This document shows positions 1 through 8,454 of a DNA stretch of 64,000 bases, in pieces; positions within the stretch are counted from its first letter, which is position 1, and the number at the start of each line of letters is the position of its first letter. Both the position numbers and the translations under genes were made by a program. The notes under the pieces were generated by a model that was not told the origin of the DNA, did not search any database, and saw nothing but the letters and a program-made list of their open reading frames with translations. Source of the stretch: Spirochaetia bacterium (GTDB taxonomy: Bacteria; Spirochaetota; Spirochaetia; CADAEX01); the NCBI GenBank assembly GCA_017554185.1, contig JAFZIU010000077.1, positions 182-64,181 on the forward strand, read 5' to 3'.

Positions 1-88
1 CCTGGTGGGTGAAGAGCTGGGCTACTGATTTCTGTTGGAAATCTGGCATTTTTTTGGTATATTTAGAGTGTAGATTTGGGAGGTAAGA

Positions 89-628
89 ATGAAAATAGGA
101 AAAAATACTGTTGTTACATTTGATTATATCTTGAAAGATGAAGACGGCAACGTGCTTGAAGACACCGAAGGACAGGGATCAAGCTACCTGCACGGCTACG
201 GAAACCTGCTGCCTGCTCTGGAAGAGGCTCTGGAGGGTCTGGAGCCTGGCGACAGCCTGCACAAACAGCTTACTGTGGATGAGGGCTTCGGCGCTTATGA
301 CGACTCGCTGGTGATCTCTTTCCCTATCTCTGAATTCGGAGACAACAAGCCGGAAGTTGGTCAGGAGATCCTGATGCCTAACGACGAGGGCGATGATGTT
401 ATCTTCGAGGTTACAGAGATTGAGGACGGCATGGTCACCCTGGACGGAAACCACCCTTATGCTGACATGCCTCTTGATTTCAACATCACTATTACAGATG
501 TCCGCGAGGCTACCCCTGAGGAGATTGCCAACGGCGACATCGAGTATGATGACGACTGTTGCTGCGACGATGACTGCGACTGCGATGATGATCACGACCA
601 CGGCTGTGACTGCGGCTGCTGTCACTGA
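89..628 (+). CDS. slyD: FKBP-type peptidyl-prolyl cis-trans isomerase SlyD with Asp/Cys/His-rich C-terminal metal-binding tail
   Basis: 179 aa. FKBP fold with inserted IF domain (VTFDYILKDEDGNVLE...LHGYGNLLPALEEALEGLEPGD). GGGAGG RBS 6 nt upstream. C-terminus DDDCCCDDDCDCDDDHDHGCDCGCCH. Confidence 0.85.
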   Translation: MKIGKNTVVTFDYILKDEDGNVLEDTEGQGSSYLHGYGNLLPALEEALEGLEPGDSLHKQLTVDEGFGAYDDSLVISFPISEFGDNKPEVGQEILMPNDEGDDVIFEVTEIEDGMVTLDGNHPYADMPLDFNITITDVREATPEEIANGDIEYDDDCCCDDDCDCDDDHDHGCDCGCCH

Positions 629-644
629 GCCGGCTTAAAACCTA

Positions 645-1181
645 TCAGAAGGTGGAGCAGAAATGTTCCACCTTTTCTTTTACTTCAGGATCTTCCTTAT
701 AATCCGGACCGGCAGCCACAATAATATCTTCAACCAGCAGGTTATAGCTGTCCAGGGTCTTCTTGACCTGGTTCATCATTTCTTTATAGTAGGCTTTGTC
801 AGGCGCCCCCTGGGAGAACACCAGAAGTGCCCTTTTAGGCGCAAGGCGGGGCTTCCGGGCGGCATCCTTAAGGCAGTAGAGGCGGTCCAGGAACATCTTC
901 AGCTGCGCCGACACATTCCCCATATAGACCGGAGACCCTATCAGAACCATATCTGTATCAGGCAGCTCTTCGATCAGGGCCGAAAGCTTGTCATCTACAG
1001 CACACTTATCCCCTTCCTTGCGGCAATATCCGCAGGCCTGGCATCCATGGAGCTCAAGCCGGTTCAGGACCACAACTTTGCCGAAATGGCCCTTCTCTGC
1101 CCCTTTCTCCAATATGTCCAGAAGTATGGAATTGGTCACCCCCTCCACCCGTGGGCTTCCCGAAATTGCTGTTATTCTCAT
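645..1181 (-). CDS. flavodoxin-like fold NADPH-dependent FMN reductase / iron-sulfur flavoprotein family protein
   Basis: ORF-track ORF trimmed to the ATG at 1181 (MRITAISGSPRVEG...). N-terminus typical of FMN reductases, plus a CxxC (HGCQACGYC). The longer track N-terminus is low-complexity. Confidence 0.6.
   Translation of the reverse strand: MRITAISGSPRVEGVTNSILLDILEKGAEKGHFGKVVVLNRLELHGCQACGYCRKEGDKCAVDDKLSALIEELPDTDMVLIGSPVYMGNVSAQLKMFLDRLYCLKDAARKPRLAPKRALLVFSQGAPDKAYYKEMMNQVKKTLDSYNLLVEDIIVAAGPDYKEDPEVKEKVEHFCSTF
649..682 (+). terminator. rho-independent terminator after slyD (8-bp stem aaggtgga/tccacctt plus T-run); lies inside the 3' end of the convergent gene
   Basis: Hairpin followed by ttttcttttac, read directly from sequence. 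Confidence 0.45.
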
Positions 1182-1292
1182 GACATCTCCAAAAAATTTA
1201 TTATTTTTACTGATTATACTATGTACTAAAACAAAAAAAAAGGTTAAACTTATTGAACGTGATATAAAAATCTCTAAAAAAGGAGTCTGGCT

Positions 1293-1379
1293 ATGCCTTG
1301 CGGAAGAAAACGGAAAAGACATAAGATCGCAACACATAAGAGAAAGAAAAAGCTGAGAAAGAACAGACATAAGAAGTAA
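1293..1379 (+). CDS. 28-aa ultra-basic peptide MPCGRKRKRHKIATHKRKKKLRKNRHKK; resembles small ribosomal-type bTHX-like proteins of Bacteroidota/Spirochaetes (not in ORF track)
   Basis: AAGGAG RBS 6-7 nt upstream of the ATG. 18 of 28 residues are K/R/H. Family assignment is from memory, not a search. Confidence 0.5.
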   Translation: MPCGRKRKRHKIATHKRKKKLRKNRHKK

Positions 1380-1435
1380 TTGTTTCCTCTGTCAGTTTGG
1401 CAGAGACGGTTAATATATTTTAAAGGAGATATGAC

Positions 1436-1609
1436 ATGGCATATTCTATCAAGGCAGACGAATGTCTGAACTGTGGTGCTTGCGAAGGCGAATGCCCAAA
1501 CGAAGCAATCAGCGAAAAAGATGGAAAGAGAGTAATTGCTGCTGACAAGTGTGTTTCTTGCGGTTGCTGTAAAGACGCATGCCCAGCTGATGCAATTGTA
1601 GAAGGCTGA
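1436..1609 (+). CDS. 2x[4Fe-4S] ferredoxin (57 aa; not in ORF track)
   Basis: Two CxxCxxCxxxCP motifs ([12 protein letters not shown] and [12 protein letters not shown]). AAAGGAG RBS upstream. Strong terminator follows. Confidence 0.8.
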   Translation: MAYSIKADECLNCGACEGECPNEAISEKDGKRVIAADKCVSCGCCKDACPADAIVEG

Positions 1610-1627
1610 TCATAATCAATATGATGA

Positions 1628-1655
1628 AAAGTCCCCGCAAGGGGACTTTTTTTTT
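1628..1655 (+). terminator. rho-independent terminator (aaagtcccc-gcaa-ggggacttt plus T9)
   Basis: Perfect GC-rich stem, GNRA-like loop and a run of about 9 T. Confidence 0.7.
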
Positions 1656-1752
1656 GCCCTCACCCTTTTTGCACTTCTAAAAAAATTTCAACTTTTTTAA
1701 ACTTTTTTCCAAAAAATTGAAGCAAAATTAATTTTTTTGTTGTAAGAAAGGT

Positions 1753-2409
1753 ATGAACATAAAGACAATGCCTCCGGAAGAGAGGCCAAGAGAAAAACTA
1801 TTGTCCTGCGGGGCAGCATACCTTTCCGATGTGGAGCTTATGGCAGTGATGCTGGGAAGCGGCATAAGGGGAAAGGATATCTTTGCCCTTTCGGACGAGA
1901 TTGTGAAAGAGATTGATGAGCGGGGCCTGGGCATAGGGATAGAGGACTTGCTGAGGCTCGAGGGGCTGGGGCTGGCCAAGGCCACAACGTTAGCTGCCTC
2001 TTTCGAGTTCATGCGGCGGCATCTTCTGCCCAGCACACAGCGGATACGGTTTCCCAAGGACATACTCCCGGCGGTGGCCCACTACGCTGACCGTCCCCAG
2101 GAATACTTTATCTGCCTGTCCTTGAACGGTGCCCACGAGATTACCCATACCCGGGTGGTCTCCATAGGGCTTGTGAACCGCACCATGGTCCACCCCCGGG
2201 AGGTGTTTGCCGACCCTATCAAGGACAGGGCCACCGCCATAATCTGCGCCCATAACCACCCCAGCGGCAGCACCGAGCCCAGCAAGGAGGACCGGGATGT
2301 TACCGAGATGATACGGCAGGCCGGAAAGATTCTGGGGATAGAACTCTTGGACCACATAATTTTTTCGCCTCGGGGCTATTATAGCTTTGCAGAAAAAAAA
2401 GAACTGTAG
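1753..2409 (+). CDS. radC: RadC-family JAB/MPN-domain protein (UPF0758)
   Basis: N-terminal HhH region and C-terminal JAMM motif (ICAHNHPSGSTEPSKED). Confidence 0.85.
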   Translation: MNIKTMPPEERPREKLLSCGAAYLSDVELMAVMLGSGIRGKDIFALSDEIVKEIDERGLGIGIEDLLRLEGLGLAKATTLAASFEFMRRHLLPSTQRIRFPKDILPAVAHYADRPQEYFICLSLNGAHEITHTRVVSIGLVNRTMVHPREVFADPIKDRATAIICAHNHPSGSTEPSKEDRDVTEMIRQAGKILGIELLDHIIFSPRGYYSFAEKKEL

Positions 2410-2421
2410 TATTATAGCGTT

Positions 2422-2616
2422 ATGGATGATAAACTGATTTTTATAAACGGATTCAGCCGGGAAGAGGTGTTCGAGATAATGCGGGCTGTCAAGAAGGTGG
2501 TCAAGGAACCTCAGGATGTGGCTTTCTGCATGGGCACCCCAGACAATATGTTCTTCACAGTAAAGGAGCTGATCAGCCAGGTGACCGAAGAGCACCGGAT
2601 GATGACAAAGAAATGA
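2422..2616 (+). CDS. small conserved hypothetical protein (64 aa)
   Basis: Globular-looking sequence. Its stop overlaps the start of the downstream CDF transporter gene (ATGA, 4-nt overlap), suggesting translational coupling. No SD seen. Confidence 0.4.
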   Translation: MDDKLIFINGFSREEVFEIMRAVKKVVKEPQDVAFCMGTPDNMFFTVKELISQVTEEHRMMTKK

Positions 2617-3725
2617 ACCACACAGACTATGGCAAACGGGCCAGTATAATAGGAATCTGCTGCAATGTGATGCTCTGCGTCGGCAAGCTTCTGGCAGGAT
2701 ATATAAGCGGAAGTATCTCCATCGTAGCAGACGGACTTAATAACTTATCAGATGCATCCGGGAATGCGGTGAGCTTCCTTGGCTTCAAGCTGGGCGAGAA
2801 GAAGCCCGATGCAGAGCACCCCTATGGCCACGCACGGTACGAGTATCTGGCAGGGCTTACTGTTTCTGTAATCGTACTTGCACTGGGCCTTTCCCTCTGC
2901 AAAGAGGCTGTCCTCAAGCTTATCCACCCGGAACAGCTTACCTTCAGCTGGCTCTCTATTATCATCCTTATTGTATCCATAGCAGTTAAGATGTGGATGT
3001 CCTTCTACAGCCGCCAGATCGGAGAAAAGATAGGCTCAGATACACTCAAGGCAGTATCCATCGACTCAAGGAATGATGTGATTGCCACATCGGCAGTCCT
3101 GGCGGGCATCATTTTCACCTACAACACAAATATACTGCGGCTGGATGGAATCATAGGTCTGGCCGTAGCACTCTTCATAATCTACAGCGGCATAAATCTG
3201 GTGCGGGACATGCTCTCTCCCCTTCTTGGCGAGAGCCCTGATCCTGAGCTGGTAAAGAGAATTGAAAAAAAGGTTCTGGGTTACCCCAATGTGCTGGGAA
3301 TCCACGACCTTATGGTGCACGACTACGGCCCGGGACACACCTTTGCAAGCCTCCATGTGGAGATGCCCGCCGAGATGGATGTCATGGAGAGCCACGACCT
3401 GATAGACTGCATAGAGAACGACCTCCTGGAAGAGGGAATCCAGACCTCCATCCACTTCGATCCTATAGTGACAAATGACAGCAGGGTTTCCGAGATGCGC
3501 CTTGCCATAGCCGGCAAAGTGAAGGAACTGGACAACAGCCTTACTATCCACGACCTTCGGCTGGTGATCGGCCCTACCCACACCAATGTGCTTTTCGACC
3601 TGGTGTTCCCTGCCGGTTTCAAGGGTGATGCCGCCTATGTGGAAAAAGAGGTCGAGAAGTTCATAAAGGGCCTGGACGAAAAGAATATTCCTAAGATAAA
3701 GGTAGAACAGGGTTACACCCGCTGA
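2613..3725 (+). CDS. cation diffusion facilitator (CDF) family metal efflux transporter
   Basis: 6 TM helices plus cytoplasmic domain. Motifs HPYGHARYE and SIVADGLNNLSDA are typical of CzcD/FieF. Confidence 0.85.
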   Translation: MNHTDYGKRASIIGICCNVMLCVGKLLAGYISGSISIVADGLNNLSDASGNAVSFLGFKLGEKKPDAEHPYGHARYEYLAGLTVSVIVLALGLSLCKEAVLKLIHPEQLTFSWLSIIILIVSIAVKMWMSFYSRQIGEKIGSDTLKAVSIDSRNDVIATSAVLAGIIFTYNTNILRLDGIIGLAVALFIIYSGINLVRDMLSPLLGESPDPELVKRIEKKVLGYPNVLGIHDLMVHDYGPGHTFASLHVEMPAEMDVMESHDLIDCIENDLLEEGIQTSIHFDPIVTNDSRVSEMRLAIAGKVKELDNSLTIHDLRLVIGPTHTNVLFDLVFPAGFKGDAAYVEKEVEKFIKGLDEKNIPKIKVEQGYTR

Positions 3726-3727
3726 TA

Positions 3728-5077
3728 TCAGTCTGCCAGGTCTGTACCATCCTCTTTAGGCAGCCTGCCGAAGAAGTACAGGGCAAATGGCAATGTCATA
3801 GGAGCCGACAAGAGAAGTGACAGAGGCTGTGCCTCCTGTATGCCCGAAAGACCCCGGAAATGTGCAAGAAGAAGGAGAGTCGGGATAAAGAGAAGTCCGC
3901 TTCTTAGTGCCGAAACCAGCGATGCAGAAAGCCGGTGTCCGGTGCTCTGGAACAGCATCTCGGTCACCATGCATGGCGGCAGGACCAAGGATGCAACAGC
4001 GTGGAGACGCAGAGCCCTTTTTCCTATTACTATAACAGACGGGTCATCCCGCAGAAGCTGTACCAGCTGCGGAGCAAAGACAAACAGGATTATGACCCCA
4101 ACTACAATTATGCTTTCTGCCACCATCATTGTAAAACGGTAGCTCTGCCGGATCCGGGAATAGCGCCTTGCCCCATAGTTATAGGCAGCCACCGGCTGGA
4201 ACCCCTGTCCCACTCCCAATGCAAAGGAGAAGGTGAAGAATGTAAGCCTGGACACAATGCTCATGGCAGCAACCGCCGCATCGCCAAACAGAGCACACTG
4301 GGCGTTGAGAACCACGGTAGTAAGGCTGTGGAGCCCCTGCCTGAGCAGGCTTGGAAAACCTGTGGCAGCAATATTTCCCATAACCAATGGCGAAGCTTGG
4401 AGTGCCCGCTTTATGGAAAGCTGGGATTCTGTCTTGCCCCGCCGGAACATTGACACCAGGATAGACCAGCTTATGAACTGGCTTATGGCAGTGGAAAGGC
4501 CTGCTCCGAAAATCCCCATTTTCATGGCAAACATGAAGATAGGATCCATGACCATATTGAGCACTGCTCCGGTCATCATACCCATCATTCCCAGCCTGGC
4601 CTTTCCCTCGTAGCGGAGGAAGTTGTTCAGTGTAAAGCTGCTGGTCATAAATGGGGCTGCAATAAGGATGAAAGATATATAAGTCTTGGCATAAGGGGCA
4701 ATGGTGGGAGTGCTCCCCAAGAACATGACTATAGGGTCAAGCCAGATAAATCCGATAATGGCAATGCAAAGACCGCATGTCATGGAGCCGAAGAATCCGG
4801 CCGATGCGTGGAGGGATGCCCTTTCCTTGTCCCTGGCTCCCAACGCACGGGACAGGATACTCCCGCCTCCCTGGCCGAACATAAAGCCGAAGGCCTGGAT
4901 TATTGCCATGAAGCCGAATACAATGCCCACCGCACCGCTGGCACTGGTTCCCAGCCTGCCTACAAAGGCAGTATCTACCATGTTGTAGAGGTTGCTCACC
5001 ATCATGGTTATTATGCTGGGAATAGCCAGACGCAGGACAAGGCCCGACACCGGCATGTCGGTCATTCTGTCTTTCAT
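3728..5077 (-). CDS. MATE family efflux transporter
   Basis: 449 aa, 12 TM, MATE N-terminal signature (LAIPSIITMMVSNLYNMVDTAFVGRLG). Start abuts the stop of the upstream response-regulator gene. Confidence 0.85.
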   Translation of the reverse strand: MKDRMTDMPVSGLVLRLAIPSIITMMVSNLYNMVDTAFVGRLGTSASGAVGIVFGFMAIIQAFGFMFGQGGGSILSRALGARDKERASLHASAGFFGSMTCGLCIAIIGFIWLDPIVMFLGSTPTIAPYAKTYISFILIAAPFMTSSFTLNNFLRYEGKARLGMMGMMTGAVLNMVMDPIFMFAMKMGIFGAGLSTAISQFISWSILVSMFRRGKTESQLSIKRALQASPLVMGNIAATGFPSLLRQGLHSLTTVVLNAQCALFGDAAVAAMSIVSRLTFFTFSFALGVGQGFQPVAAYNYGARRYSRIRQSYRFTMMVAESIIVVGVIILFVFAPQLVQLLRDDPSVIVIGKRALRLHAVASLVLPPCMVTEMLFQSTGHRLSASLVSALRSGLLFIPTLLLLAHFRGLSGIQEAQPLSLLLSAPMTLPFALYFFGRLPKEDGTDLAD

Positions 5078-5734
5078 TTATGCATCCACCAGACCTATAT
5101 GGATAGCATATTTTATCAGTTCCACCATGTTGCTGCAGTTAAGCTTCTGCATAATGTTGGTGCGGTGGTTTATCACTGTCTTAGAGCTAATGCACAGTTC
5201 CTTGGCAATGTCCCGGATCTCACGTCCCTCTGCCAGAAGCCTCAATATCTCCTGCTCCCGGGAGGAGAGGGTGTCATAAGTGCTGTCCTCAGGCTGTTCC
5301 AGATCCTCTTCAGGCGAAATCAGGCTTGCTATTACCTTGCTGCTTATGCGGCTGTCCACATAGGTCTCGCCGGAAAGGACCTTCTTTATTCCATCTATGA
5401 TGCTGTCCATATCGGCTTCTTTAAGGATATAGCCTTTTGCTCCAGCCTTCAGCGACTCAGTGATGTAAATCACCTTTGAATACATGGAAAGCATCACAAT
5501 CTTTATTCCCGGATTCTTCTGGAGAATCTTTCGGGTAAGCTCTATGCCGGAAGCACCATAAAGAGAGATATCCATCACAATAAGGTCGGGCTTGAGGGTC
5601 ATGGCCTGGTTGTAACCTTCCTCGCTGTTTCCTGCCTCATATATTTTTTCTGCAATATTTTTCTTTAAAAGTTCTGCTCCGATGCTGGCCCTTATAGCCG
5701 GATGGTCGTCCACCAGTAAAATAGTATCAGCCAT
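5078..5734 (-). CDS. two-component response regulator, NarL/FixJ family (REC + LuxR-type HTH)
   Basis: REC domain (LLVDDHPAIR...DLIVMDISL) and C-terminal LuxR HTH (LSSREQEILRLLAEGREIRDIAKELCISSKTV). Confidence 0.85.
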   Translation of the reverse strand: MADTILLVDDHPAIRASIGAELLKKNIAEKIYEAGNSEEGYNQAMTLKPDLIVMDISLYGASGIELTRKILQKNPGIKIVMLSMYSKVIYITESLKAGAKGYILKEADMDSIIDGIKKVLSGETYVDSRISSKVIASLISPEEDLEQPEDSTYDTLSSREQEILRLLAEGREIRDIAKELCISSKTVINHRTNIMQKLNCSNMVELIKYAIHIGLVDA

Positions 5735-7004
5735 TTTCCTTCCCCTTGAATGGAATTCTTACGTTTATCTTAGTCCCCTTTCCGGGATTGGATGTTACGC
5801 TGAAAGTTCCGTTATAATACTTAACCCGCTCCTGCATACCATAGAATCCGATATGCTCCTTGGTCAGGCTTGCCCCAATACTGCTGTCAGGAAGCCCTAT
5901 TCCATCATCAGCCACCGAGAACATTACAAAAGGATAGGAATAGATGAACTTCATAGTCACCTTAGAGGCCTCGGCATACTTGACCACATTGTTCAGAATC
6001 TCCTGAATAATCCGGAACATGCTTATCCGCATATCCTCCGGCAGCGATATCTTGTTGAAGCCGGTGCTTGAGATTGCCAGCTGGATATTTTTTGCCATAA
6101 GGATCTCTGCTGCATAGCTTTTTATCACATCAACAAAATCCTCTCCCGATTCACTGGAGGAAATGAAAGGAATCAGGTTGAAGGAGATATCCCTTGCCTC
6201 GTCTATGATGGATGATATTTCGCTGGAGATATGCTCCTTATGGCCGTCAGCAATCACTGTATCGGTATACCCCTTGAGTTCCCGAAGCCTATGCACCAAA
6301 CTGTCGTGAATATCCATGGCAATACGTTTGCGCTCGTTCTCCCTTATATGGATAAGTGTTTTTGAAAGCTCCTGCAGCTTCTCTTCCTGCTCCAGCCTGT
6401 GCTCTATCTTGGCATTCCTGAAAATTGCAAAGGAAGAGATGAACATAAGTATTACAACAACCGCATATGACATGAGAAGATTCCGCCGCTGCTGTCGCCT
6501 GTTGACGTTACGCACAAAATGGCGCAGAAGACCGAAGAACCGGTCAACCTCCTGGGTGTCCCTGGAAATCCAGAGCACCAATGTAGCAAACTCTGTCAGG
6601 TTTTCTCCTGCCTGTAAAAGCGCAGTAAGCTGATATTGAACTCTCTGCCAGTTGTATACCAGAACCTGCCGGAAATCATGAACCTGTGGATATTGTCTTT
6701 CTATTTTCATGAATGTCTGGTCGTCGGAAATCTGCACCATGGAATTGTCGAATTCCTCGAAATCCTTGACCAGTCGCTCCTGTTCTGCTGTCCGCCCAGG
6801 AGAAGGAGAAGTGATATAAGAGAAAACCGAGGTACGGAGAATAAGCCAGTTCTCGTACATATCATCGACCTGGGAGTTCTTGACTATAAAACTCTCCTGA
6901 GTGAAGAAAGAGGTGGTGACAGTATAGACCACAATGCCGATGAGAACTATCTCAATGCACAGCAGCATTGCAATTTTCTTCAGATTCTTGATGCTGATTA
7001 CCAC
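5727..7004 (-). CDS. sensor histidine kinase (HisKA_3/HATPase_c, NarX/LiaS-like) with a periplasmic sensor domain of about 150 aa
   Basis: 2 TM. H-box DIHDSLVHRLRELKG. ATPase N/G boxes at the C-terminus. 8-nt overlap with the RR gene. GTG start in the track. Confidence 0.8.
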   Translation of the reverse strand: MVISIKNLKKIAMLLCIEIVLIGIVVYTVTTSFFTQESFIVKNSQVDDMYENWLILRTSVFSYITSPSPGRTAEQERLVKDFEEFDNSMVQISDDQTFMKIERQYPQVHDFRQVLVYNWQRVQYQLTALLQAGENLTEFATLVLWISRDTQEVDRFFGLLRHFVRNVNRRQQRRNLLMSYAVVVILMFISSFAIFRNAKIEHRLEQEEKLQELSKTLIHIRENERKRIAMDIHDSLVHRLRELKGYTDTVIADGHKEHISSEISSIIDEARDISFNLIPFISSSESGEDFVDVIKSYAAEILMAKNIQLAISSTGFNKISLPEDMRISMFRIIQEILNNVVKYAEASKVTMKFIYSYPFVMFSVADDGIGLPDSSIGASLTKEHIGFYGMQERVKYYNGTFSVTSNPGKGTKINVRIPFKGKENG

Positions 7005-7023
7005 CAGACTTTATCCCCCAAAC

Positions 7024-7062
7024 AAAAAAACCTTGTACTATAGTATACACCATAATACAAGG
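7024..7062 (-). terminator. rho-independent terminator after the M20 peptidase gene (32-nt hairpin ccttgta...tacaagg followed by U7 on the minus strand)
   Basis: Seen in sequence. The A-run precedes the hairpin on the plus strand. Confidence 0.5.
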
Positions 7063-7086
7063 TTATGTCTAAAAAGAGAATTATTT

Positions 7087-8445
7087 TTACTTACACCAGC
7101 GGTATATGGTCACAGCCAGAACTTTTATTCCCTTGATATAGTCATCAAGACTTATGTATTCATCGGTGCTGTGGGCCATTTTGATATCTCCCGGTCCGTA
7201 GACTATTGCTGGAATACCACCCTGGTTTCCAAAATGCCGTGCATCGCATCCGCCGCCAAGCTGGGTTATGACAGGCTCTTTTCCAAGGACATCCCGGATG
7301 GCATCCTCGGTAAGAGTCTTGATATCCTGCTTGTCGGATGGCAGCATGTATGCGTCGTCATAATGCTGGAACTTAATGACAGGGGGATTTGCCTTAAGCC
7401 AAGCATCATCCACATTCAGAACTGCATCCTTAAGCATTTTCTTGACACGGATTATTCCCTCTTTTCCTGTTCCAAGACCCGGTGAGAAATAGGCCACTCC
7501 GTTGATCACACATTCTGCAGCTGTTGCTGTAGCGTATGTACCTCCCTTGATTGTGCCTATGCACAGGGACATCATGGTCTTTTCCTTGTTCAGGCCTGTC
7601 TCCAGGCTGATAAGGCTGTCCACCACCAGTGCCGCCTTCTCTATGGCACTTATTCCGAAAGGTTTGTTATTCTGCCATCTGGATCCGGCATGGGTCTCGT
7701 ATCCCTTTATCCGTACTTCCCAGTAGACACCGCCGCCATTTCCATCCAGGATTACATTTCCTCCTGGACCGGCAGGCTCTGTGACAATTGCAGCATCTGC
7801 TTTGTAGCCGTCTGCTATAATGCCCAGTGCTCCGCCGCCGGCGTGTTCCTCGTTCACCACTGTCTGGATCATAAGGTCGCCTGCCAGAGGTACTTTCAGG
7901 GAAGTCAGAACTTCCACTGCACTGATCATGGCAGCAACGCCGCCTTTCATATCAACAGACCCGCGGCCATAGAGCTTGCCATCTTTAATCTCGGCTCCGA
8001 AAGGATCGACATGCCACTTGCTCTCGTCCCCTATTGGAACAGTGTCGATATGGCCATTTAGTATAAGGGACTTTCCGCCTCCTTTACCTTTCAGCTTTCC
8101 AACCAGATTAGGTCTGTCTTTGTATGATTTAAGCCTGTCAAATGGCGATGCCATCAGCTGCTCGTAAGTGAACTTATCCTCTGTCATCAGCGGCATATCC
8201 AGCCCTTCCTCTCCTATGGAAGGCACCTGGGCCACTTCGGGGAAAAGCTCGAACATCTTCTTGACATCGGGCTCCACCAGTTCAGTCTCAAACCCAAGGC
8301 CGGCTATCTTGCCCTGGACAAACTCCTGGGCTTTCTTCTCGTAGCCGGTAATGCTGGGGACCTTTACCAGATCCCCAAGAAACTTGATAAAATCATCCTT
8401 GTGTTCATCTACATACTGCACAAGCTGCTGTTCTATCTTGTCCAT
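7087..8445 (-). CDS. M20 family metallopeptidase (ArgE/DapE/dipeptidase-like)
   Basis: 452 aa. Metal-binding motifs (LNGHIDTVP, GRGSVDMKGG, NEEHAGG). Sits 9 nt downstream of the TRAP permease gene. Confidence 0.8.
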   Translation of the reverse strand: MDKIEQQLVQYVDEHKDDFIKFLGDLVKVPSITGYEKKAQEFVQGKIAGLGFETELVEPDVKKMFELFPEVAQVPSIGEEGLDMPLMTEDKFTYEQLMASPFDRLKSYKDRPNLVGKLKGKGGGKSLILNGHIDTVPIGDESKWHVDPFGAEIKDGKLYGRGSVDMKGGVAAMISAVEVLTSLKVPLAGDLMIQTVVNEEHAGGGALGIIADGYKADAAIVTEPAGPGGNVILDGNGGGVYWEVRIKGYETHAGSRWQNNKPFGISAIEKAALVVDSLISLETGLNKEKTMMSLCIGTIKGGTYATATAAECVINGVAYFSPGLGTGKEGIIRVKKMLKDAVLNVDDAWLKANPPVIKFQHYDDAYMLPSDKQDIKTLTEDAIRDVLGKEPVITQLGGGCDARHFGNQGGIPAIVYGPGDIKMAHSTDEYISLDDYIKGIKVLAVTIYRWCK

Positions 8446-8454
8446 ATCTTCTCC

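Noticed and set aside
1-28. Possible 3' end of an upstream plus-strand gene (...LVGEELGY*) at the window edge
   Set aside because: Only 9 codons are visible, too little to support a call.
179-638. ORF-track ORFs 179..625(-) and 393..638(+) inside slyD
   Set aside because: They are antisense or alternate-frame artefacts of the repetitive GAY/TGY tail region, with low-complexity translations.
4808-5479. Long alternate-frame ORFs within the MATE/RR region; similar cases are 37120..37938(-), 21125..21772(+), 23670..24467(+), 35127..35726(+), 44138..44908(-), 55178..55669(-)
   Set aside because: Each overlaps a well-supported protein-family gene on the other strand or frame, and has no independent support.
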